A stretch of 64,000 nt of DNA from a bacterium (GTDB taxonomy: Bacteria; Patescibacteriota; Minisyncoccia; Phycocordibacterales; JAUSHB01). Positions 48,790-57,053 of the stretch are shown here, piece by piece. Position numbers and translations under genes: made by a program. The stretch's first letter is position 1; every line of letters starts with the position of its first letter. Under the pieces are notes generated by a model, which had not been told where the DNA came from, did not search any database, and worked only from the letters and a program-made list of their open reading frames with translations. The stretch covers positions 7,366-71,365 of the forward strand of contig JAUSHB010000011.1 of assembly GCA_030648955.1 (NCBI GenBank). The letters are read 5' to 3'.

Positions 48790-48830
48790 AACCCCTCGAG
48801 ACAAAAATTGTCTCGAGGGGTTTCATTTTC
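48790..48830 (+). terminator. hairpin terminator, copy 2
   Basis: AACCCCTCGAGACAA-aaa-TTGTCTCGAGGGGTT-tcattttc. Confidence 0.75.
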
Positions 48831-48840
48831 TAATTTATTT

Positions 48841-50364
48841 TTATAACCCGAGTGATTTTATGAGTGCACGAGTTTTTGCGCCGTAGTATCCTGCGGTAGG
48901 AGTAATCTTCTTTGCTTTTTGAAAACTCACAAGCGCTGCTTGTGTTGCTCCGCCAAATTTTGTCGTCTCTTTTCCCGAAGAACCCGCACCAGTTTTTGAA
49001 ACAATAAATCCAATACTATTCAAGAATTTCTGAAGCGTGCGCACGTCTTCCCCTGTCGTGCCCAACTTGAGGTCACGCGTCGGCATCTTCCATATTTGAG
49101 AAGCCGGAGGCAATGGGGCAGTTTGGGCGTTTACATCACTTGCTGCTTTATTCGCCACACGCGTTGCGTTGTATTTGTAATTGGTGAGCACATCCCAGAG
49201 GAGCGGATCCTGACCCCCGTCAATTTTAAATATCGCAATTCCCCGCAAACCATATTTCACCGCAAGCTCTGCCTTCTGCTTAATAGACTCCGCATCGCTC
49301 CATGAAAGCACGCGAGTTGCGTTAGGAAGCGGAATAGGCGGCTCGGGCGATTGGGATGCCGGGAAGGTCAAGAAGAGCTCACCTGCGTTGTTTCGCACGG
49401 GTTGCATTCCAAGCTTTGTCGCAATGCCCGTTGCGTACCCCGGATTGAACGACCAGAGTTGTGAGTATTGCATTTTCCCGCTTCCGTTCTGCGCGGGAAA
49501 CATGTCGTGCTCGTACCCATAGGTCGCGACTCCAATCACAAGTTTTTCTTTTTTAATATCTTGGAGCGCCAGCTTCACCACTTTATCCACCCAATCCGCG
49601 TCTGCAACCGGAACATAGGGATCTCCTTTTGCATCATTCAATTTAAGATCGTACCTTCCTTGGTCGTAGGTCATAAGACGCACACTATCGCAATATTGAT
49701 TGATTGCGGTAAAGTCGTTTGCGTACTCAATATCTTTAGGAATTGATTCTGGGGACGAGTAACGCGAGTCAAGCGGCGTGCGCGCTTCGATGGTGCAGGT
49801 GATCCATTTGTTGTATCCGATCGCCTCCTTAAGGTCTTTGAGAAACAGTGAGAAGTAGGGTCGCGTGCGCGCATATTTGCCTTCGTAATCAATATCAATA
49901 CCGTCTGCACCGTTCCCAAAAACTTCTTTAATAATAGAACTAATGTGCGCCTTGCGTTTTTCCGAGTCGCGGAAAATTTCATCCATGGCATCTGCATTCG
50001 CCCACATCACTGCGGGAACAAACTTCACGCCCGCGTCCTTCGCACGGGCGCGAAGCAGTACCCATTCGTCATTACCAAGCGACGAAGCTTGGTAGAGCGT
50101 ACCGTCTTGCTTCACGGTATACATGAATGGGTTCACCTCAGTGAATAGATCAAGGTGAGGCAAAATGCTTTCCACCCCAAGTTTTGAGCGCCAATACGGA
50201 ATCCATCCGGATATCTCGAGAGAACTGCCTGCCTGCGCCAAGCCTGTCGCGGCAGGCAGGCTTGCTTCTGTTGTGGTGGTTTGCGCATACACAAAACCGC
50301 CACTCGGAAGAATAAGCGCGAGAAGGATAAAAAGAAACACGGATTTTTTAAATACAGTATGCAT
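48841..50364 (-). CDS. secreted GH18 glycosyl hydrolase with C-terminal peptidoglycan-binding domain
   Basis: signal peptide, DGIDIDYE catalytic motif, MTYD, LKLGTTGEDVRTLQKFLN PG-binding motif. Confidence 0.88.
   Translation of the reverse strand: MHTVFKKSVFLFILLALILPSGGFVYAQTTTTEASLPAATGLAQAGSSLEISGWIPYWRSKLGVESILPHLDLFTEVNPFMYTVKQDGTLYQASSLGNDEWVLLRARAKDAGVKFVPAVMWANADAMDEIFRDSEKRKAHISSIIKEVFGNGADGIDIDYEGKYARTRPYFSLFLKDLKEAIGYNKWITCTIEARTPLDSRYSSPESIPKDIEYANDFTAINQYCDSVRLMTYDQGRYDLKLNDAKGDPYVPVADADWVDKVVKLALQDIKKEKLVIGVATYGYEHDMFPAQNGSGKMQYSQLWSFNPGYATGIATKLGMQPVRNNAGELFLTFPASQSPEPPIPLPNATRVLSWSDAESIKQKAELAVKYGLRGIAIFKIDGGQDPLLWDVLTNYKYNATRVANKAASDVNAQTAPLPPASQIWKMPTRDLKLGTTGEDVRTLQKFLNSIGFIVSKTGAGSSGKETTKFGGATQAALVSFQKAKKITPTAGYYGAKTRALIKSLGL
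50227..50261. repeat. CCTGCC...GGCAGG palindrome in frame within the GH18 gene
   Basis: GCCTGCCTGC-gccaagcctgtcgcg-GCAGGCAGGC encodes LPAATGLAQAG. Confidence 0.7.
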
Positions 50365-50551
50365 ATATATGCTATATAAGACGCTCATTATATCATAATC
50401 ATACACCCTTGCCTGTTGTTGTGGATGAAACTCCTTGCGGTGTTTTAAGATTATGGTAGAACAATAACAGACCACATAGCGCAGACGCGCGAGGATACGA
50501 ACAATGAAGCTAATTGATCGGTATATAGAGCACGTTGCATCTGAGCCGATT

Positions 50552-50761
50552 ATGAATAAACACAGTCTATTCTGGGGAACCAGCTGCATTTTTCTGGGTG
50601 TGGTACATCTTTTTTTTGCGGGGCTTGTTGCAATCTATCCTGCTGTTTTTGATGACCCGCATTCAGTATTTGCCCTTCTGCTCGCTCTTATGGGAGCTTT
50701 TTGGATTCTTGTCGGAAAACGCCTTTTAGAAAAATGGCTAGTGTTCTTCTTTAAGAAGTAG
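50552..50761 (+). CDS. small two-TM protein
   Basis: hydrophobic 69-aa ORF followed by terminator 50767-50795. Confidence 0.55.
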   Translation: MNKHSLFWGTSCIFLGVVHLFFAGLVAIYPAVFDDPHSVFALLLALMGAFWILVGKRLLEKWLVFFFKK

Positions 50762-50816
50762 CATTCAAAAACCCCTCTCGTGTGAGGGGGTTTTTTTGAC
50801 CGATCATCGGAGAATG

Positions 50817-51050
50817 TTATGCGGTATCGCTATTCCGCGGCAACCAATCCATGAGCTTTTTACGATGCTGTTCGAGAGACCAGAGGTCGCCGTTCTTGAA
50901 AAGCATTGCATGTGCTGATTGAAATTTTTTCAAGAGTGCCGTGGAAGCGCGTGGAAATCCTTCGGGCATATTTTTATTGTATGATGCCAAAAAATCTGAA
51001 ATAGGAATTTGTAATTGGCTTTCACTAAGTTCTTTACTGTATTTTTTCAT
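50817..51050 (-). CDS. hypothetical protein
   Basis: 77-aa ORF, leaderless-type -10 (TATCAT) 6 nt upstream. Confidence 0.6.
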   Translation of the reverse strand: MKKYSKELSESQLQIPISDFLASYNKNMPEGFPRASTALLKKFQSAHAMLFKNGDLWSLEQHRKKLMDWLPRNSDTA

Positions 51051-51090
51051 TGTATGATGATACCACAAACCAATGAATAAAGCAATTTAT

Positions 51091-51360
51091 TTAGAGATTT
51101 CTGGCAAACACTGGAATCCTGTGTCGATGTATTAGTTTTATTTTTTCTCCTCTAGTCAGCTTTTTTATTTGAAATTCTTGTTTCGATGCAACACTTCTGT
51201 TCTTCGCTTTTTTTATATACAGTAATTTCGACACTCCCCGCGAACTTGTATAATTGCCTCCCTTCCCACTTTTATGCTCAAGAAATCTTCGCTTAACGTC
51301 GGTGGTTATCCCTGTATACATCGTGCCGTCTTTGCATTTGATAATGTAAACAAAATACAT
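51091..51360 (-). CDS. GIY-YIG nuclease family protein
   Basis: YFVYIIKC.DGTMYTGIT.D..RRF.EH..GKG..YT. Confidence 0.9.
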   Translation of the reverse strand: MYFVYIIKCKDGTMYTGITTDVKRRFLEHKSGKGGNYTSSRGVSKLLYIKKAKNRSVASKQEFQIKKLTRGEKIKLIHRHRIPVFARNL

Positions 51361-51367
51361 TATGTAA

Positions 51368-51835
51368 CTAGATGAGCGATTTTATAACGGGAATACGTCC
51401 AAGAAATATTCGGCGTAACATGCTTCCTAATCCAAATTGTTGGGCTTGCGGGAAGATTGCGATCAATACAAGAGCTGTGGCATAAATAATATGCTCTTCG
51501 ACAATATATCCATGGGGAACATTGGGGAAAATATTCTGTGGAAAATAATAGAGAATCATAAGCACCGCGCCTGCCCATGCAGCCGGACGCACTGCAACAC
51601 CAACCAAAAGCGCAACACCGATCAAGGTAATCCCCCACGCGTTAAGAGGGTCAACCCACCAAGTATTCATCGGTTGAGCAAACCAGGCGTAGAAATCAGG
51701 AAATGTCTTCGCGTTCAATAAAAAACCTTTTGCTGTCCAATTGGGATCAAATACTTTCTCAAGACCCGCAAAGGTCATGAACCATCCAAACAATAGACGC
51801 AATGTCGTCGCTGCGATCGTTATTTTTGAATTCAT
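51368..51835 (-). CDS. DoxX family membrane protein
   Basis: LRLLFGWFMTFAGLEKV...IGVALLVG..VR. Confidence 0.85.
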   Translation of the reverse strand: MNSKITIAATTLRLLFGWFMTFAGLEKVFDPNWTAKGFLLNAKTFPDFYAWFAQPMNTWWVDPLNAWGITLIGVALLVGVAVRPAAWAGAVLMILYYFPQNIFPNVPHGYIVEEHIIYATALVLIAIFPQAQQFGLGSMLRRIFLGRIPVIKSLI

Positions 51836-51890
51836 AAGATATATTTTTTAAAATTTAATACTGGTTAACAACGTATTTCTGGTGGTTTAA

Positions 51891-52121
51891 TTATACCGCT
51901 TCAATAATTCTAAGATATTCTTCGCGCGACACACCCAGCACTCTTAAATTATTAAGAATAATAAAAGCAGGAAGCGCAGTGTCGCGTGGAATTACTACGG
52001 GTCTTTTGATACCGCTTTTCCAATAAACACGATGGTCACCTTTCTCTCTTTTAAATTCACACCCCATCTTAATTAAAAACTTCTCAAATTCTTTCCAATG
52101 AATAGCTTGGATGCGTGGCAT
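51891..52121 (-). CDS. hicA: HicA-family toxin
   Basis: KFLIKMGCEFKREKGDH...RPVVIP. Confidence 0.85.
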   Translation of the reverse strand: MPRIQAIHWKEFEKFLIKMGCEFKREKGDHRVYWKSGIKRPVVIPRDTALPAFIILNNLRVLGVSREEYLRIIEAV

Positions 52122-52129
52122 GGGGAATA

Positions 52130-52420
52130 TTAGGTAAAAATGGGAATTTGCAGGCCAATAGACTGCGAAGAAATTACTTTTGGAGGAGTCCAAACTTTTT
52201 GCACTTTTTTCCAGCCCAATTCGGACAAAACATCATCAGCTGTTTTTGCCTCTATAATTTCCTCTAAAAACAAGTTCGCCAACACAACAAATCGCTCTTT
52301 TACATCTTTTTCAGATTTCCCGGAAGTAGAGATGTCGAGTGCGGGAGTATACGCCACAAAACGCTTATTTTGCTTAGTAATGAGCACGGGTAAATTGAAA
52401 GACAATTTGTTATGTACCAT
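52130..52420 (-). CDS. hicB: HicB-like antitoxin
   Basis: FVAYTPALDISTSGKS partial RNase H fold; upstream of hicA. Confidence 0.75.
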   Translation of the reverse strand: MVHNKLSFNLPVLITKQNKRFVAYTPALDISTSGKSEKDVKERFVVLANLFLEEIIEAKTADDVLSELGWKKVQKVWTPPKVISSQSIGLQIPIFT

Positions 52421-52534
52421 ATGGAGATAATATCAAGATTGAGTTTCTTTTACAACTCCCTGTAATGACCTTTTGGGTGGATTTTTAAAAACTTTTCTAT
52501 GGATACGGGAGGGGTTGATCACGAATCGACTATT

Positions 52535-52807
52535 TTAACGGTGAGGACAACCGGCCCAACAACAAGGTCGGCGCATTCCGCCTTTCAGCTTCGAGAGCGC
52601 CTTCTTGATTCGGATACTCCTCGTCTCTGCTTTCTTGGCAGACTCAATCCAGCAAATCCACTCATTGCGCGCAAGTGGTGTAATATCCTCCCATGCTACT
52701 CGCGCCGTTGGGGAAGAAGTAAGAGTCTTTTGTAAATCCGCTGGCATTCTGTGTACAACACCGGCGGCGACCTGCCTGCCGGTAGGCAAGGTTTCTTTTT
52801 TTGTCAT
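52535..52807 (-). CDS. YdeI/OmpD-associated family protein
   Basis: PADL...WEDITPLARNEWICWIESAKKAETR..RI...RRPCCW; start uncertain. Confidence 0.8.
   Translation of the reverse strand: MTKKETLPTGRQVAAGVVHRMPADLQKTLTSSPTARVAWEDITPLARNEWICWIESAKKAETRSIRIKKALSKLKGGMRRPCCWAGCPHR
52771..52790. repeat. CCTGCCTGCCGGTAGGCAGG-type palindrome in frame within the YdeI gene
   Basis: cctgcctgccggtaggcaag encodes LPTGRQ. Confidence 0.75.
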
Positions 52808-52932
52808 ACCTTTCATGTTGTGTACGTTAGCATATTTCTGTTTGTTATTCATGAAAGAATTCTGGGCGAAACCCCCGTCGCGTCGCGAGGCATAGCTCCG
52901 CATTTGGGCGAAAAAACGAATTCCGAAACTTG

Positions 52933-53325
52933 GCTGGGGGACTTGGAATCCCTTCGATATCCTCAGGGTAAACTTCTCATCCATGTACGTCAAGCACTTC
53001 AGTAAGCTCAACGCGGTTTATTCCAAATTTTCCACCTATTAATTTCTGTTTCTTTGCACGACTCCATCCCTTAAGCTGTTTTTCTCGTATGGCGGATTTA
53101 TGCCTTGTGTCGTATTTTTCACAATATACTATTTTTATATCAGAAAACTTTTTTGTAAAAAACGATTCCTTGTTCTTATGTTCCCCTAATCGTCTTACAA
53201 CATTGTTGCACATCCCAACGTAAAAAGTTTTCTGGTTGCAAAGAAGTATGTATACGTACCACATGTCTGATTTTTGAACTTTAAGCTCGCACTGAGCTTG
53301 CCGAAGTGCTGGGGGACTTGGAATC
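52933..53325 (-). mobile_element. GIY-YIG mini-element inserted at the tRNA-Gln 3' end
   Basis: 18-bp direct repeat GCTGGGGGACTTGGAATC at 52933-52950 and 53308-53325; CTTCG..CTCAG repeats abut both junctions. Confidence 0.7.
52977..53264 (-). CDS. GIY-YIG nuclease family protein
   Basis: WYVYILLC...FYVG...RRLGEH...REKQLKGWSRAKK. Confidence 0.9.
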   Translation of the reverse strand: MWYVYILLCNQKTFYVGMCNNVVRRLGEHKNKESFFTKKFSDIKIVYCEKYDTRHKSAIREKQLKGWSRAKKQKLIGGKFGINRVELTEVLDVHG

Positions 53326-53379
53326 GAACCAAGATTAACGGCTTCAAAGGCCGCTGTCCTACCGTTAGACGATCCCCCA
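53309..53379 (-). tRNA. tRNA-Gln(TTG)
   Basis: TGGGGGA/TCCCCCA acceptor stem, anticodon arm GCGGC-CTTTGAA-GCCGT, GGTTCGATTCC T-arm; CCA not encoded. Confidence 0.95.
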
Positions 53380-53514
53380 ATGTATTCTTATTTTCTTAAT
53401 TTAGGGGAACAGGCAATCTCCCCAATGTTTCCCTATTCTGCTATAAAAATGCGTTATCGGCAAGAAAAAACGACCCCCGTTATAAATTGGGGGCCGTTCT
53501 ACGTTCAAATAAAT

Positions 53515-53826
53515 TCACCCATCCTCAGACAGTTCATAGATAGGATCTAGTGGAAATTCAGGGTCACCTTCACTAATCATGTACATTGAAACTTGAAGGT
53601 TTTGTTCTGCGGGATGACCTCCGAAACTTCTCACAATAGAGACTTCTGGAATTTCATTTCCATCATCATCCGTGGATAATAATTCATCCCTTATTTCCTT
53701 GGGGAGCATGCGCCCAGCAGCCGTGAGCTCGCCGAAACTACCACATGTTCTGCATATTGAATTATTCTTTTTTCCTGTCCCACGACACCGTCCACATGTC
53801 TTTCTGTTCTTTCTGTCGTTTTCCAT
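53515..53826 (-). CDS. hypothetical protein with DnaJ-like CxxCxGxG zinc finger
   Basis: CGRCRGTG...CRTCGSFG; AGGAG SD; TTGACA-17-TAAAGT. Confidence 0.65.
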   Translation of the reverse strand: MENDRKNRKTCGRCRGTGKKNNSICRTCGSFGELTAAGRMLPKEIRDELLSTDDDGNEIPEVSIVRSFGGHPAEQNLQVSMYMISEGDPEFPLDPIYELSEDG

Positions 53827-53886
53827 GAACTACTCCTTTTTCTCGTTGGTAGATACTATGTTTATTCCGTAAATACTTTACGGTTT

Positions 53887-54957
53887 TTATATTTTTTTGT
53901 CAATAGTTGCCGTATGTTCAAGGTTCATCAAAAGAATCTCCAGGGGGAGCTCCGGTATACTCGCATGACGTATCATGCTATGCGCACCAAGCATCGCTTC
54001 CAGTGTTTTTGATGTAAGTTCCACCCCCCTCTTCCCGCTCATATCCTTAAGAAACTCAAAATCCTCATCAGTAAACTCTTCTTTAATTCCTTCTTCCATG
54101 TCTTTTGCAAATCGAATTAAAAGAATCATTCGCATTTTATGAAGCACAAGTTTCAAAAATATTTGCATATCAATATTCTGTTTCGAAGTCTTCTGAATGA
54201 CATTCATGCCTTGAGAAATATTCTTCTCTGCAAGAGCGGAAATAAATTCATTTACCAATCCTCCGTTCGGCGCACCCGTGACCTCAAGCACTTCGTTGAC
54301 TGACACTTTTTTGTCCCTTGATGAGCTCAATACTTTTTGCAAAATTCCTTGCGCATCGCGAAACGAACCATCTCCCAAAAGTGCTATGAGATCTGCAGAT
54401 GCGGGTTCAATCATAAATCCTTCTTTTTTTGCGATAGCGACAATGATGTCTTTAAGAACCTCATGGCTTGGTTTTTTGAATGTGAATGTTTGGCAACGCG
54501 AAATCACAGTCTCTGGAAGTTTATTGAGTTCCGTGGTGGCTAAAATAAAAATGACGTGCTTGGGTGGCTCTTCCAAGGTTTTAAGAAGTGCATTGAATGC
54601 CTCTTTGGTGAGCATGTGCACTTCATCGATAATATAAACTTTATAGGGAGACTGGAACGGAAGCGTGCGCACGCCATCGCGAAGTTCACGAATATCATCA
54701 ATCCCGCGATTCGATGCGGCATCTATTTCGTAGAGGTCATTATCAGAACAGCCGATAGATTTTGCAAAAATACGCGCAACAGAAGTCTTCCCTGTCCCGC
54801 GTGAACCAGCAAAGAGATATGCGTGCGCAACGTTGCCCGCCGCTATCGCGCCTAAAAGCACTTTTACCACATGTTCCTGTCCCAAAACATCTTTGAATGT
54901 TTGTGGGCGATATTTTCGATATAATGCAACTGCGGATTTATTTGGTTCGTGAGTCAT
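53887..54957 (-). CDS. dnaX: DNA polymerase III subunit gamma/tau (short form)
   Basis: LYRKYRPQTF, GSRGTGKT, EIDAASN, DEVHML, SRC. Confidence 0.95.
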   Translation of the reverse strand: MTHEPNKSAVALYRKYRPQTFKDVLGQEHVVKVLLGAIAAGNVAHAYLFAGSRGTGKTSVARIFAKSIGCSDNDLYEIDAASNRGIDDIRELRDGVRTLPFQSPYKVYIIDEVHMLTKEAFNALLKTLEEPPKHVIFILATTELNKLPETVISRCQTFTFKKPSHEVLKDIIVAIAKKEGFMIEPASADLIALLGDGSFRDAQGILQKVLSSSRDKKVSVNEVLEVTGAPNGGLVNEFISALAEKNISQGMNVIQKTSKQNIDMQIFLKLVLHKMRMILLIRFAKDMEEGIKEEFTDEDFEFLKDMSGKRGVELTSKTLEAMLGAHSMIRHASIPELPLEILLMNLEHTATIDKKI

Positions 54958-55094
54958 AATAGAGTTTATTATACACGACTCTTTGTTACAAAAAAGCCCC
55001 TTGTTTCGAGGGACTTTTTTGACTCCTTACGCAGATGTTTTCATCTATACTATACTCAAATCATATATCTGCCATAAAAAATGCCGACCATATT

Positions 55095-55469
55095 TTATTT
55101 GGCATTTTTTTTATTTTGAGAAACCTTACCTACTTGTTTTTTTGCTTCACGCTCAATAGTATTCCAATGTTTTTTTAGATTTATCGCAACCTTGTTAAGT
55201 TCATTTTTATCAATAGATTTAAGCGCGTTATATTTCTTCGTTACCATATCAACAACTGCAAGATAATCCTTTTTTCCCAGACTCTTTAGTTTCTTTGCGT
55301 GTGAAACAACATCGGTATGAACTTTTACTGCGAGTGTTTTAACTTTTTTACGATTTTTTGCACCGTCTTTGCCATAAAGATAGAGCCCCGCTGCGCCTGC
55401 TAATGCAGCTGCGGTTACGAGACCTACGCCTAATCCAATCTTTTTTCCTGTTATTTTTTTTACATTCAT
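55095..55469 (-). CDS. basic membrane-anchored hypothetical protein (YtxH-like)
   Basis: Gly/Ala TM then Lys-rich helix. Confidence 0.6.
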   Translation of the reverse strand: MNVKKITGKKIGLGVGLVTAAALAGAAGLYLYGKDGAKNRKKVKTLAVKVHTDVVSHAKKLKSLGKKDYLAVVDMVTKKYNALKSIDKNELNKVAINLKKHWNTIEREAKKQVGKVSQNKKNAK

Positions 55470-55548
55470 TGTTTTTGTATCTTTTTAATAATTAATTACC
55501 CTTACAATATTTCTGCTTTCACTGCATATATCCGCGTCAACTGCCAAT

Positions 55549-55812
55549 TCATTTTTTTGTTCTTTTGTTTGGTTTTCTTAAAAAATCAGTTATGTGTTTC
55601 CACCGCATTCCCTCGCGTTTGACCGTTGCCCGTAGTTCAGATATATCTTGAGAAATATTCTTGCTCTCTATTTTCACAATATCTGAAATATCCCGCACAT
55701 TGCGCATCACACCGATAAGATACACCATGAGCACGACCAAGGTGACAGTAAATGTAACTACCGCGATCGTAGTCACAAAAAAGAATATATCTTCTTTCAT
55801 GAATTCAGCCAT
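55549..55812 (-). CDS. small single-TM coiled-coil protein
   Basis: DIFFFVTTIAVV TM; leaderless TATAAT. Confidence 0.7.
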   Translation of the reverse strand: MAEFMKEDIFFFVTTIAVVTFTVTLVVLMVYLIGVMRNVRDISDIVKIESKNISQDISELRATVKREGMRWKHITDFLRKPNKRTKK

Positions 55813-55847
55813 AGAGCCATTATATGAAGTTTTTCCTCATTATGCAA

Positions 55848-56879
55848 TCATGTACCGCGCAATTTGCCATAGATGAAACGTAAAATGACAAAGACGAGAA
55901 TAATAAGTACTGTATAAAACAAATAGCGTTTATCAAATATCATCTCCAGCACTGCGAGTATTCCCCAATATACATAGCGTAGAGGTTTTTCGACTTTGTT
56001 TTTCCAGTTTCCTTGAGAAGCTTGCCCATTTGTCGCATCTATTGAAGTGTTCATATCACCGACTACATTCGTAGATGTGGCACTCTTGCTGTCCACTATA
56101 CCAGATAGCTTACTAAGAGATCTTTTATTTTCTGCAAATTCTTCGCGAATAACAACAAATTGTTTATTTCGAAAGTTTTCAATGAAGTTTCCTGTATTCT
56201 CAAGCGTGCCAGCAACAGAATCCGGTACGACATTTTTGACCATGTTCATTCCCCTACCAAAGACAAGTGATTCTGGGGAACCCTCTTTATCGGGAGGAGT
56301 ATCAACACCATCGGCAATACCATCACCATCAGTATCTTGCTTGAATGGATGAGTCCCGCGCGCACGTTCATCCAAATCAGAAAGTCCGTCCCCGTCATCA
56401 TCGGGATCTTCCTTGTTCCCGATTCCATCCCCATCAGTATCCACATCAACAAAAACCCCTCGCTCTGAAGTTCCATTGCTCTCAATGATGACTGAAGCAG
56501 TATTGCCATTGGAAAGTTTTATTTTTGGATCTGTGATTTTTGCCGAGATACGATAATCTCCCGCAATCGCCTTCCAAATAAAAGATATGACTTTTATTTT
56601 CTGCGCATCGGTTATCGTAAATGGAGTTCTCCCGACAAGCTTGATTCCGTCATAATACTCAACCGTACCAGAAAATGTTCCTTCATTATTATTAACTACA
56701 ATGGTATTGATAGATACCTCCTCACCTTCAAGAACCGGCTCATGTGAAAGCCAAAGATTTTGATTAGGAAATCCTGTATTTTTGATTACCTTTTCATCTG
56801 CCGCAAGCGAAATTCCGATGAATGATCCCAGAAATAAAAGTGTTGCCGCCAAGGCGATTGTTAGTGTTTTATTTTTCAT
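55848..56879 (-). CDS. exported Ig-like/CARDB protein with Ca-binding DxDxDG (TSP3-like) repeats and C-terminal TM
   Basis: DTDGDGIGNKEDPDDDGDGLSD...DTDGDG. Confidence 0.8.
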   Translation of the reverse strand: MKNKTLTIALAATLLFLGSFIGISLAADEKVIKNTGFPNQNLWLSHEPVLEGEEVSINTIVVNNNEGTFSGTVEYYDGIKLVGRTPFTITDAQKIKVISFIWKAIAGDYRISAKITDPKIKLSNGNTASVIIESNGTSERGVFVDVDTDGDGIGNKEDPDDDGDGLSDLDERARGTHPFKQDTDGDGIADGVDTPPDKEGSPESLVFGRGMNMVKNVVPDSVAGTLENTGNFIENFRNKQFVVIREEFAENKRSLSKLSGIVDSKSATSTNVVGDMNTSIDATNGQASQGNWKNKVEKPLRYVYWGILAVLEMIFDKRYLFYTVLIILVFVILRFIYGKLRGT

Positions 56880-56890
56880 TTTTATTTAAA

Positions 56891-57053
56891 TAGACCAACT
56901 ACGCAATAATTTTTCGTAACGAGATGACGAATTTTCTGGCGAAAACAACGAAGCGCGAGGAGGTGAATACAGCGTATTCATTGACGAGAGATGAGTTGTT
57001 TGTAGTTGAAAATTTGTCATTGCAGTAGAAAAGGTTATTGCGTAGTGGGTCTA
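56891..57053. repeat. 163-bp palindromic MITE/RPE-like element
   Basis: TAGACC..ACTACGCAATAA / TTATTGCGTAGT..GGTCTA termini; internal GTGAATAC-agc-GTATTCAT hairpin. Confidence 0.75.

Noticed and set aside
47539-52520. Integron attC sites between the small accessory genes
   Set aside because: The hairpins lack proper RYYYAAC/GTTRRRY ends, genes are in mixed orientation and there is no intI.
52931-52950. Second tRNA gene
   Set aside because: Only the last 20 nt (part of the T arm, acceptor strand and CCA) are present.
52808-53011. N-terminal extension of ORF 52535-53011
   Set aside because: It reads through the tRNA duplication and repeats; the family domain starts near 52807.
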